From contig JABZGM010000001.1 of NCBI GenBank assembly GCA_015259235.1, positions 1 to 32,919 of the forward strand: a DNA stretch of 32,919 bases. The letters run 5' to 3'. Below, in pieces: positions 1 through 9,444 of the stretch. Made by a program: the position numbers and the translations under genes. The notes under the pieces were generated by a model. The model was given only the letters and a program-made list of their open reading frames with translations. It was not told the origin of the DNA and did not search any database. The number at the start of each line of letters is the position of its first letter. Position 1 is the stretch's first letter. The stretch comes from Alloprevotella sp. (GTDB taxonomy: Bacteria; Bacteroidota; Bacteroidia; Bacteroidales; Bacteroidaceae).

Positions 1-1674
1 GTGTTTAATGGCGACCACAACACTGCAAAGTTGGAAATTAAGAAAGACTTTGCGAGCACAGACCTCATCACACAAGTTGAAGCCAATCAATTGTTCGTCA
101 AAATCAAAGAGCCTTTTCTTGTATCTAAAGGAAACAAGAAAATTTATGTGGTCATCAATTCCACCACAGAATCCAATGCATTGCTTCCCGCAATGGTCAA
201 TTCTACCACACTGGAACAATTTAGTGAGAAGTATGAATCAGCAGAACTGGCACTGGTGGCTGAAACAGGTGGAAGTGTAGCCGACAAAGTGGCAAAGTTG
301 GAAAACAACCAACACATCATTCTTATGACGGGTGCACCAATCATGAAAGATATGGAAGACGGTGTCAGCAAGTTCGAAGCAAGCACAGGCACTCGAAACA
401 ATGCTTCCGTGCAGTTTAAACGTGCAGTATCGCGTGTGTTGGTCACCACAACCAAGGACAGCTACACCCTAGCAGGCTACAACCCCAGCAATGCACAAAA
501 AGAGAACGACTTCCTGACACTCGACCATTTGCATTACGTGGTGGCACAAGGCGAAAACCATCTCTACTTCCAGCAAAAGGCTAGCACCGATGGCACCGCA
601 GCCTTCACCACTCCCGCCTTCGACCAAGTGCCTCGAGAGACAGATTTCAGCGCTGATTCCTACACGCAAGAATACAACCACATTGGCACGAACTATGACT
701 ATGCTGGATTGAAGAAAGACCAAACAGGCAACACCTCAACCGTAAAGGGCTTTTCAGTCAAGGTGCGCAATCCGTTTGCCCCCACTCCCACCACAGTAGA
801 AGAATTGGCAAAAGCCGATTTGAATGGCGAACTAGCAGGTCAATACGTTCTTCCCACTTTGCATAAGTTCAACACAGACGAAACACAGACGGGTTATCGC
901 AAGGGCAACACTCCCTACGTGTTGGTGCGTGCACGCATTACCCCCAAGAAATACATTGGCGACAATGGTCAAGTGAGCGATGCCCCACTCGCCGACGATG
1001 CAGATTTGTATTACGGTCTTGAAACGGGTTATTTCTATGTGAATAAAAACCACGTCACCGATGCTGCACATTACGGCAGAGCCAATCAAAAAGCCTATAA
1101 ATACACTAAACGTGTAGCCCTCTATTTTGCCTGGCTCAACCCCGACAATGTGAGCAAACCGCTTAACTCACCTGTGGTGCGCAACAACATCTATCACTTG
1201 CACATTGCTTCCATCAGTCAGTTGGGTTCAAACTGGAATCCGTTGGTGCCCAGCGACAAGGACAACCCCGATCCTTTCCCTAACGACAATCCCAACGAAC
1301 CAACAACCCCACGCGTGTTCCCACACGACCCTCTCTACAAGGCGACCCCCATCCCCGAACCAAATCACAGCACACCTGGAGGCGGCGGAACTACACCTGG
1401 AGGTGGTGGAAACACACCTGGAGGTGGTGGAGACACACCTGGAGGTGGCGGAACTACACCTGGAGGTGGCGGAACCACGCCTGGAGGCGGTGGAACCACA
1501 CCTGGTGGTGGAGGAACCACACCTGGAGGTGGAGGAACCACACCTGGAGGTGGTGGAGACACACCAGAAACGCCAAATGTTGACGAAACAAAACCACAAC
1601 CATGGATGAAAATCATCGTAAAGGTGGTGAAATGGCGCATCCATAGTACGATAGCCGAACTCAATGGATTGTAA
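1..1674 (+). CDS. mfa1: Mfa1-family type V fimbrial major subunit (5' end outside window)
   Basis: The C-terminal region VVRNNIYHLHIASISQLGSNWNPLVP, a Pro/Asn/Asp-rich segment and terminal strand WMKIIVKVVKWRIHS match my recollection of the P. gingivalis Mfa1 C-terminus; GYRKGNTPYVLVRA also fits. No signal peptide is visible, so the gene is truncated by the window edge. Confidence 0.8.
   Translation: MFNGDHNTAKLEIKKDFASTDLITQVEANQLFVKIKEPFLVSKGNKKIYVVINSTTESNALLPAMVNSTTLEQFSEKYESAELALVAETGGSVADKVAKLENNQHIILMTGAPIMKDMEDGVSKFEASTGTRNNASVQFKRAVSRVLVTTTKDSYTLAGYNPSNAQKENDFLTLDHLHYVVAQGENHLYFQQKASTDGTAAFTTPAFDQVPRETDFSADSYTQEYNHIGTNYDYAGLKKDQTGNTSTVKGFSVKVRNPFAPTPTTVEELAKADLNGELAGQYVLPTLHKFNTDETQTGYRKGNTPYVLVRARITPKKYIGDNGQVSDAPLADDADLYYGLETGYFYVNKNHVTDAAHYGRANQKAYKYTKRVALYFAWLNPDNVSKPLNSPVVRNNIYHLHIASISQLGSNWNPLVPSDKDNPDPFPNDNPNEPTTPRVFPHDPLYKATPIPEPNHSTPGGGGTTPGGGGNTPGGGGDTPGGGGTTPGGGGTTPGGGGTTPGGGGTTPGGGGTTPGGGGDTPETPNVDETKPQPWMKIIVKVVKWRIHSTIAELNGL
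1372..1560 (+). repeat. In-frame 21-bp tandem repeat, 9 copies, encoding TPGGGG(T/N/D)
   Basis: Units of the form ACACCTGGAGGYGGYGGA+NNN start at 1372, 1393, 1414, 1435, 1456, 1477, 1498, 1519 and 1540. Confidence 0.97.
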
Positions 1675-1693
1675 TCATCCAAATCCCATCATC

Positions 1694-1731
1694 AAGGACT
1701 GCATCAATACCCATTGATGTGGTCCTTTTTT
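1694..1731 (+). terminator. Rho-independent terminator after the pilin gene
   Basis: Stem AAGGACTGCATCAAT / ATTGATGTGGTCCTT (with G-U pairs), 4-nt loop, then a T run. Confidence 0.8.
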
Positions 1732-1997
1732 GTGGTAAGCATATGTGCAGCAAGCCAAGCACAAAAAATCCAACAGAGAACTTGCATAAATATAAGCATA
1801 AAGCCGATTTTCAAGCACAAAAGCCAAGGAGTTGTGCAGAAAAAGAGAGAACAGATATGCAAAAACAGAGGAAAAGCAAAGAGGATATTGCAAAGCAAAA
1901 AAGACATTTACCCCCTATTTGCCTAAAAAAAGTCTATTGTAGTAGCCAAATTGACGTGTTTAACTCACTAAAACACCAAAAAGTCAAAACAAAGTGG

Positions 1998-2005
1998 TAA
2001 CTTTG
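1998..2005 (+). promoter_or_regulatory. Bacteroidota sigma-A -7 element (TAACTTTG) for the first Sus operon
   Basis: Exact TAnnTTTG about 215 bp upstream of the susC ATG; no clear -33 TTTG. Confidence 0.6.
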
Positions 2006-2218
2006 ACGCCATAAAAATTTCATATTAATTCCATCGGTACGTTGGAAGTCACCTTTTTCTATCGTCAATCGCTCGTTGTATCAGTAGAAAGCATCGCTGC
2101 ATAATGCCAACAGCAAGGCGCACCCCGATTTTGCCCATCGCAAAGCAGCGTCGCACCGCTTGACCTGGAGAGAGGAAAGGACTTCTGCGCACCACATTGT
2201 TATTTACCCACATTTTCT

Positions 2219-5200
2219 ATGAAGAAAAGGCTCTCATTGCTGTTCTTTGGCATGATGCTCTGTCTCGGAGCTGTGTTAGCACAGACTCCAGTGTCTGGTG
2301 TTGTAACGGCGGCTTCCGACAATCAACCCCTCTTCGGCGCACACGTGTCGGCGGATGGCGGACGTACCTTCACTGCCACAGACGAAGCAGGTAAGTTTTC
2401 CCTGACCATCAAGGGCAAGAACCACAACATTACCGTGAGTTATCTCGGCATGCAGTCGCAAACCCTGAAAGGCGACACCGACATGAAAATCGCACTGAAA
2501 GATGCGCAGTCGCTGGGCGAAGTGGTGGTGACAGGTTTGACGAAAACCGACCGCCGCATGTTTACCGGTGCTGCCGACAAAGTGGATGCAGCAACTGCAC
2601 GATTGAGCGGTGTGGCAGACGTGAGTCGCTCGCTCGAAGGACGCGCAGCCGGTGTGTCGGTTCAAAACGTGAGTGGCACATTTGGTGCGGCTCCTAAAAT
2701 CCGTGTGCGCGGTGCCACGTCCATCTTCGGTGCTTCCAAACCACTTTGGGTAGTGGATGGTGTAATCATGGAAGATGTGGCGAATGTGGATGCTGACAAC
2801 TTGGCTTCGGGTAATGCCGAAACGCTGATCAGTTCTGCCATTGCAGGATTGAACGCAGACGACATTGAGAGTTTCCAAATCTTGAAAGACGGTAGCGCAA
2901 CCTCCATCTATGGTGCGCGCGCCATGTCGGGTGTGATTGTGGTGACCACCAAGAAGGGTAAGCAAGGACAGTCGCATGTCAACTACACGGGCGAATTTAC
3001 CACACGCTTGATTCCCTCTTACAGCAATTTCGACATCCTCAATTCTCAACACCAAATGAGCATCTATCGCGAATTGCACGACCGCGGTTGGCTCAATTTC
3101 TCCGAAGTGCTCAATGGTAGCGACTACGGAGTGTATGGTCACATGTATGAATTGATCAATACGTTCAATCCTCGCACAGGTCAGTTTGCCCTCGCCAACA
3201 CAGAGGAGGCGCGCAACACCTATTTGCGCCAAGCAGAATTTCGCAACACCAACTGGTTTAAGCACTTGTTCTCTAATGCTATCATGCAAAATCACTCTGT
3301 GAGTTTGAGTGGCGGTACAGAGAAGTCGAACTACTATGCTTCAATGAGTGCGATGTTGGATCCAGGTTGGTACAAACAAAGTGAGGTGAACCGCTACACC
3401 GCGAACTTCAACGTGACCCAACATTTGCTCGAGAATTTGTCGTTCAATGTGATTGGTGGTGCTTCTTACCGCAAACAACGCGCGCCTGGTACGCTGGGAC
3501 AAGACGTGGACGTGGTGGATGGCGAGGTGAAACGCGACTTCGACATCAACCCCTATTCTTATGCTTTGAACACTTCGCGTGTGCTCGATCCACACACTTA
3601 CTATGTGGCGAACTATGCACCATTCAACATTTTCAATGAATTGGACAACAACTTCATCAACTTGAATGTGCTCGACGCGAAGTTCCAATTTGAATTGAAA
3701 TATAAGCCTATCGCAGGTTTGGAATTGGCAGCTCTCGGTGCTTTTAAGTATGCTGCAACGTCGCAAGAACACAACGTGACGGAAAACTCTAACCAAGCGA
3801 TGACCTATCGCGCGATGTCTAATGCAATCATTCGCAACAGCAACCGCTATCTCTATCGCGATCCTGAACATCCCTATGATTTGCCCATGTCGGTGTTGCC
3901 CATCGGTGGTATTTATCACAAGAATGAAAACCGCATGAGCAACTATGATATGCGCGCTACGGCGACTTATACACACACTTTTGCACAAAAACACACCATC
4001 AACCTCTTTGGTGGTGCGGAAATGACCGACCTCTTGCGCACACGCACTGGTTTTGAGGGTTGGGGTATGCAATACAACTCTGGTGAAGTGCCTTTCTACA
4101 TTTATCAATATCTGAAGAAAGGTATCGAGGACAGCAAAAACTACTATTCGCTGACCAACACCAACTGGCGCTCTGTGGCGTTCTACACCAACATGAGCTA
4201 CTCTTATCGCGGTCGCTATGTGTTTAATGGCACTTACCGCTATGAGGGTTCTAACCAAATGGGACGCAACAGCAATGCGCGCTGGATGTCTACGTGGAAC
4301 CTCTCGGGTGCGTGGAATTTGCACGAGGAAGATTTCTTCTATCGTCTGCGTCCCCTCTCTCGTTTCACCCTCCGCGGTTCTTATAGTTTGACAGGTACTC
4401 CTCCCGATCCTTCTTACAGCAGTTCGACCACGGTGTTCCGCGCAGGCAATCCTTTCCGCATCTATGGTGAGGACAGAGAGCCCGTGATTGGCATTTCGCA
4501 AGTGGGCAACGCCACTTTGACCTATGAGAAGAAGAACGAGTTTAACTTTGGTTTTGACGCTGGACTGTGGAAAAACCGCATCGGTGTGACGTTTGACGTG
4601 TACACGCGCAACAACTTCGACGAGATGGGCATCATGGTGACGCAAGGTCTTGGCGGCGAAGTGGAACGCGCAGCCAACGTGGCAGAGATGCGCTCTAATG
4701 GTATGGAATTGAGCATTTCATCGACGAACATCAAGACGAAGGACTTTTCTTGGAACACAAGTTTTGTCTATTCTTACTCAAACACAGAGATTACGAAACT
4801 TTTCAACAGCGGTAATGTGATTGCGCTGGTGAGCGGCACTGGTTTCCCCAAACGCGGCTACCCTGCACGCGCACTCTTCAGCATTCCTTTTGTGGGCATC
4901 AACGATGAAGGTGTACCCATGGTGATCAACGAAAAGGGCAAAGTAACGACCGACGACATCAACTTCCAAGAACGCGTGCACACAGACTTCTTGAAGTATG
5001 AAGGACCCACAGATCCTAAGTTCACAGGCTCGTTGGGCAATATTTTCTCTTACAAGAATTTCCACCTGAATGTGTTCCTCACTTATTCGTTTGGCAACGT
5101 GGTGCGCTTGGATCCTAAATTCCGCGCTCGCTACAACGATTTGGCGTCGATGACGCACACTTATCTCAACCGCTGGGTGAAGGCAGGCGATGAGAAAACA

Positions 5201-5530
5201 ACGAACGTGCCGGGCTTCTTGAGCTACCGCCAATATGCTACGCACACCAACTTGCGCTATGCTTACAATGCCTACAACTATAGCACGGCGCGCATCGCAA
5301 AGGGTGATTTCGTGCGCCTCAAAGAGGTGTCGCTCACTTATGACCTCCCTGCTCAATTATTGAAGGGGAAGGCTGTGCGCAATGTTTCGTTGAAATTGCA
5401 AGCAACGAACCTCTTCTTGCTCTATGCAGACAAGAAACTCAATGGACAGGATCCTGAATTCCTCAATGCCGGTGGGGTGTCTTCACCACTTCCTAAGCAA
5501 TTCACCCTCACGCTCAAAGTTGGTCTTTAA
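2219..5530 (+). CDS. susC: SusC/RagA family TonB-dependent outer-membrane transporter
   Basis: Signal peptide, N-terminal carboxypeptidase-regulatory-like domain, EVVVTG box, plug motifs PLWVVDG and LKDGSATSIYGARAMSGVIVVTTKKG, terminal beta strand; 1103 aa. Confidence 0.95.
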   Translation: MKKRLSLLFFGMMLCLGAVLAQTPVSGVVTAASDNQPLFGAHVSADGGRTFTATDEAGKFSLTIKGKNHNITVSYLGMQSQTLKGDTDMKIALKDAQSLGEVVVTGLTKTDRRMFTGAADKVDAATARLSGVADVSRSLEGRAAGVSVQNVSGTFGAAPKIRVRGATSIFGASKPLWVVDGVIMEDVANVDADNLASGNAETLISSAIAGLNADDIESFQILKDGSATSIYGARAMSGVIVVTTKKGKQGQSHVNYTGEFTTRLIPSYSNFDILNSQHQMSIYRELHDRGWLNFSEVLNGSDYGVYGHMYELINTFNPRTGQFALANTEEARNTYLRQAEFRNTNWFKHLFSNAIMQNHSVSLSGGTEKSNYYASMSAMLDPGWYKQSEVNRYTANFNVTQHLLENLSFNVIGGASYRKQRAPGTLGQDVDVVDGEVKRDFDINPYSYALNTSRVLDPHTYYVANYAPFNIFNELDNNFINLNVLDAKFQFELKYKPIAGLELAALGAFKYAATSQEHNVTENSNQAMTYRAMSNAIIRNSNRYLYRDPEHPYDLPMSVLPIGGIYHKNENRMSNYDMRATATYTHTFAQKHTINLFGGAEMTDLLRTRTGFEGWGMQYNSGEVPFYIYQYLKKGIEDSKNYYSLTNTNWRSVAFYTNMSYSYRGRYVFNGTYRYEGSNQMGRNSNARWMSTWNLSGAWNLHEEDFFYRLRPLSRFTLRGSYSLTGTPPDPSYSSSTTVFRAGNPFRIYGEDREPVIGISQVGNATLTYEKKNEFNFGFDAGLWKNRIGVTFDVYTRNNFDEMGIMVTQGLGGEVERAANVAEMRSNGMELSISSTNIKTKDFSWNTSFVYSYSNTEITKLFNSGNVIALVSGTGFPKRGYPARALFSIPFVGINDEGVPMVINEKGKVTTDDINFQERVHTDFLKYEGPTDPKFTGSLGNIFSYKNFHLNVFLTYSFGNVVRLDPKFRARYNDLASMTHTYLNRWVKAGDEKTTNVPGFLSYRQYATHTNLRYAYNAYNYSTARIAKGDFVRLKEVSLTYDLPAQLLKGKAVRNVSLKLQATNLFLLYADKKLNGQDPEFLNAGGVSSPLPKQFTLTLKVGL

Positions 5531-5562
5531 TTTCTACTGCGTAGACAATAAACGATACTTCC

Positions 5563-7146
5563 ATGAAGAAGATTAAACTCAGCATATTTCTCCTTGCAGC
5601 GGTTGGTTTGATGACAAGCTGCAATGACTTTCTCAATAAATATCCGGACAACCGCATGGAGTTGCACACGCCTTCTGACGTGAGCAAACTCGTGGCTTCG
5701 GCTTATCCCGATGCTTATCCGGCTTATTTGCTTGAGATGTATTCCGACAACACGGACGAACAGGTGCACAACACTTGGTCGTCGATGGATAGATTTCAAG
5801 AACAAGCCTACGGATGGGAGGACATCACTGAAACAGGGGTGCCCGATGTGCCTCAAAAACTCTGGAATGCAAGCTACACGGCAGTGGCAACGGCAAATGC
5901 TGCGCTGGAATTTATAGCGGCGCAACCCAACAAAGAGGCTTATGAAACGCAAAAGGGCGAGGCTAAATTGTGCCGCGCTTATGCGATGTTCCAACTGGCG
6001 AATGTGTTTTGCCGTGCCTATGATCCGAACACAGCAGACAAGGAACTGGGACTTCCCTACCCTTATGCGGTAGAGAATGATCCTCGTGCCACTTATCAAC
6101 GTGGTTCGCTGGCGCAACTCTACAAAAACATTGAACAGGATTTGACGGAAGGGTTAGAATTGATTGACAATGCTCACTTTACGCAACCTAAATTCCACTT
6201 CACTCCGGCTGCTGCACACGCTTTTGCTGCGCGTTTCTACCTCTATGCGCGTCAATATGACAAGGCGGTGGCACACGCTGATGCGGTGTTGGGAAGCGAT
6301 GCAACAACGATGCTGCGCGATTGGGAACAATGGCGCAAACTGGGTGCGAACGATCAGGTGCAACCTAACGACTACATCAAGAGTGACAAAAACACGAACT
6401 TGCTGCTCCTCACGGGCATGAGTATGTGGGGTTATATTTCGCGTCCGATTGGTTTGGGCAACAAATATGCTCACGGCAAACTCTTGTCTTCTACTGAAAC
6501 GCTGGAATCGAAAGGTCCTTGGGGTGAAGGTGGCACTGCGCTGAACTATATGGTGACGAGCGGTAGCAATGTGTCGAAGGTGGGTTTGGGAAAGATTCCT
6601 TTGAAGCTCGACCAATATGACACGCAAGCGAAGACGGGTGTACCTTATGCGGAGTTCTCGGCTTTCAATGCTGATGAAACGTTGTTGGTGCGCGCTGAAG
6701 CAAAGGCACTCTTGGGACGCTATGATGAAGCTGTGGCTGACATCAACACCTTGCTCAAGGTGTTTGTGCGCAGTGAGGCGAAAGCTACGGAAGCAACACG
6801 CACTCTGACCCTAAACGGCATCAAGGAGTTCTACAACAAACTGCGCTACTACACGCCTCAACTTCCCACAGTGAAGAAACAATTTCACACGGATTTCACC
6901 ATCGAAGCGACTACGCAAGAACCGCTCTTGCAGTGCATCTTGCATCTTCGCCGATTGGTGACGATGCACGAGGGACTTCGCATGCAGGACGTGAAACGCT
7001 ATGGGTTGACCATCTATCGTCGTCGCGTGAGCGTGGAAAATCGCGTCATCGAAGTCACAGACAGTATGAAGGCGAACGACCCACGTCAGGCGATTCAATT
7101 ACCACAAGATGTCATCACCGCTGGATTGCAGGCTAATCCACGCTGA
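5563..7146 (+). CDS. susD: RagB/SusD family nutrient-binding lipoprotein
   Basis: Lipobox MTSC-NDFL; motifs GEAKLCRAYAMFQL, LLVRAEA, EGLRMQDVKRYG and terminal QANP; directly after susC. Confidence 0.93.
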   Translation: MKKIKLSIFLLAAVGLMTSCNDFLNKYPDNRMELHTPSDVSKLVASAYPDAYPAYLLEMYSDNTDEQVHNTWSSMDRFQEQAYGWEDITETGVPDVPQKLWNASYTAVATANAALEFIAAQPNKEAYETQKGEAKLCRAYAMFQLANVFCRAYDPNTADKELGLPYPYAVENDPRATYQRGSLAQLYKNIEQDLTEGLELIDNAHFTQPKFHFTPAAAHAFAARFYLYARQYDKAVAHADAVLGSDATTMLRDWEQWRKLGANDQVQPNDYIKSDKNTNLLLLTGMSMWGYISRPIGLGNKYAHGKLLSSTETLESKGPWGEGGTALNYMVTSGSNVSKVGLGKIPLKLDQYDTQAKTGVPYAEFSAFNADETLLVRAEAKALLGRYDEAVADINTLLKVFVRSEAKATEATRTLTLNGIKEFYNKLRYYTPQLPTVKKQFHTDFTIEATTQEPLLQCILHLRRLVTMHEGLRMQDVKRYGLTIYRRRVSVENRVIEVTDSMKANDPRQAIQLPQDVITAGLQANPR

Positions 7147-7175
7147 TTTGTTTCTCATTTCAATGATTCATTCTT

Positions 7176-8072
7176 ATGAAATTATCCTATATATATAGTA
7201 GTCTTTTGGCGGTAGCTCTCATGGGCGGTGCTTACTCGCTGGCAGCTTGTTCCGATGACAGTCCGAAAGGGTCGTCTATCTTTGACACTTCGATGGTGAA
7301 GCGCAATAGTTTTGAGAAGTGGTTGTTGCAAAACTACACTAACCCTTACAACATTCGGTATTCCTACAGACTTCGCGACATTGACACGGAAACGAGCTAC
7401 AACTTGAGTCCAGCAGATAGTGCGAAGGCTACGAAACTAGCCATCATTTTCAAATATCTTTGGTTGGATGCTTATGCGGAAGTGGCTGGTGCTGACTTTG
7501 TCAAAGCCAATGCACCACGCACCATCGTGGCGATCGGATCACCTGCTATCAACACGCAAGGACTGCAAACCGCAGCTACGGCAGAAGGTGGTTACACGGT
7601 GCGTATGTATCGCGTGAACGAATTGGACCAAACGACTTTGGAAAACCAAGATCTCCTCACGGAATACTATTTCCACACGATTCACCACGAGTTTACCCAC
7701 ATTCTCAACCAAAAGAAGCCTTACCCTGTGGCATACGACCAAATCAGCAAGGCGGACTATTTGGGTTCGGAGTGGATTCGCAAGAAAGATCCTGAGGCTT
7801 TGCGCGCGGGATTCATCAGTCCGTATTCTATGGAAAATGCAGGCGAAGACATTGCAGAATTGCAGTCTTACTACATCACCACGACTCCTCAAAAGTGGGA
7901 GGAGAAACTCACCAAAGCTGGCAAACCAGGTCGTGCCATCATTGAGCATAAACTGGAAATCCTGCGCAATTATCTCAAATCATCTTGGAACATTGACCTC
8001 GATCAGCTTCGTGATGCGGTGCTGCGTCGCTCTCACCAAGTGACTACTCTCGACTTAAACCATCTCAACTAA
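7176..8072 (+). CDS. Substrate-import-associated zinc metallopeptidase lipoprotein (putative zinc-binding metallopeptidase family)
   Basis: Lipobox LAAC-SDDS; HHEFTH zincin motif (HEFTH at 7686-7700); GFISPYS...EDIAE downstream motif; typical position after SusD. Confidence 0.85.
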   Translation: MKLSYIYSSLLAVALMGGAYSLAACSDDSPKGSSIFDTSMVKRNSFEKWLLQNYTNPYNIRYSYRLRDIDTETSYNLSPADSAKATKLAIIFKYLWLDAYAEVAGADFVKANAPRTIVAIGSPAINTQGLQTAATAEGGYTVRMYRVNELDQTTLENQDLLTEYYFHTIHHEFTHILNQKKPYPVAYDQISKADYLGSEWIRKKDPEALRAGFISPYSMENAGEDIAELQSYYITTTPQKWEEKLTKAGKPGRAIIEHKLEILRNYLKSSWNIDLDQLRDAVLRRSHQVTTLDLNHLN

Positions 8073-8079
8073 TTGCCAC

Positions 8080-9399
8080 ATGCGAAAATATCTCTCCTCT
8101 CTGCTTTTGCTGTGTGCTACGCTCACGTGGCAATCGTGCTTACACGAAGACACGACTGTCTTCTCGACATCTGCCATTGATCGCATTGAAAATGCGGTTC
8201 AAACAACTCAAAAAACACTGGAATCTGCGCCTAACGGGTGGTTGCTGCGCTACTATGCCGGTGAAAACTACACGGGACCCGCTTATAGCATCTTGATGAA
8301 GTTTGCCAACGGTCACGCCACGGTGGCTAGCGACTACGACCCTGACAAGGTGACGACGGCGGCTTATTCCATAGCGAAAGACCAAGGCGTGGTGCTGTCG
8401 TTTGATAGTTACAACGAAAGCATTCACCAATTCTCTCGCGTGTGGGAAGGTAGCGGTGCACGCGGCATCGAAGGCGACTACGAGTTTCTGGTGCTTTCTA
8501 CGTCTGCTGACACGATTCGTTTGCGCGGAAAGAAGTGGAAAAACAATATGGAATTGGTGCGCGTTCCCGAAAAGACGGAATGGAAGTCGTACCTCACCAG
8601 CATCTATAACCTCCAAGAACAACTCACCACACAATTCTTCGCGTTGCAGTTGGGCAAAGACACGTTGGCTGAAGCTACGCTCAATCCGCAACTGCGCCGT
8701 CTGTCGTTCACGCTCAACCAGCAGACCTATGATGCGCCTTTCACCTTTGCTCCTAATGGTATTAACCTCTTGCAACCCATCACCCTCGGTGGAAAGTCGT
8801 ATGCTTCTTTCAACTGGGAGAAGAGCAAGAAGACTTTTGTGAACGAGGAACTGAGTCTTGGACTGATCATTCCCAAAAGTTACCGCAAACGTGAGGAATG
8901 GATTGGTGACTGGCGTCTCAACTGCACTGCTTTCAGTTTGAGTCAAGCGGTGAACACACGTCGCTTCCCTGTGGTTCTCCACATTCTGAAATTCAGCGAA
9001 CGTCAGAAAGATTTGTTTGAAGCTACACTCACCTTTAATGGACAGATTTATGGTCCGCTCAATATGGTGTATGATCCTGCTTTGGGTACAATCAAACTGC
9101 CTGGTGGACAAATCCTCGCAGACAGATCGGGGAAATATCCTGGTGGTATCCTCCTCACTCCTGGTATCGTGAAGACAGGAACGCTCGTGCAAGAACCTGA
9201 AATCGGGGTTACCTTCAAATGGAATCCTGAGCAAAACAAGGCTGATGCGCAATATGACGAAACCACACTGGGCAAACTTGATTCGTTTATGGGTATTGGT
9301 ATCAACTATCAACACGAACCTATGCTCGACGCTCAGAACAAACCTGTCGTTCCGATTCTTATTGCCAACATCCGCGACGTTTCGCCCGTCAAACGCTAA
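8080..9399 (+). CDS. DUF4302-like lipoprotein
   Basis: Lipobox WQSC; motifs LESAPNGWLLRYY, LSFDSYNESIH and EGDYEFLV as recalled for DUF4302; typical context after the peptidase. Confidence 0.75.
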   Translation: MRKYLSSLLLLCATLTWQSCLHEDTTVFSTSAIDRIENAVQTTQKTLESAPNGWLLRYYAGENYTGPAYSILMKFANGHATVASDYDPDKVTTAAYSIAKDQGVVLSFDSYNESIHQFSRVWEGSGARGIEGDYEFLVLSTSADTIRLRGKKWKNNMELVRVPEKTEWKSYLTSIYNLQEQLTTQFFALQLGKDTLAEATLNPQLRRLSFTLNQQTYDAPFTFAPNGINLLQPITLGGKSYASFNWEKSKKTFVNEELSLGLIIPKSYRKREEWIGDWRLNCTAFSLSQAVNTRRFPVVLHILKFSERQKDLFEATLTFNGQIYGPLNMVYDPALGTIKLPGGQILADRSGKYPGGILLTPGIVKTGTLVQEPEIGVTFKWNPEQNKADAQYDETTLGKLDSFMGIGINYQHEPMLDAQNKPVVPILIANIRDVSPVKR

Positions 9400-9444
9400 G
9401 AAGGTGTCGACGTGGCATTCATCACCATTCAATTCAATTTCGAT

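Noticed and set aside
1675..2000. Several 67-93 aa ORFs in the A-rich gap after the pilin
   Set aside because: They overlap the terminator, have low complexity and show no family motifs.
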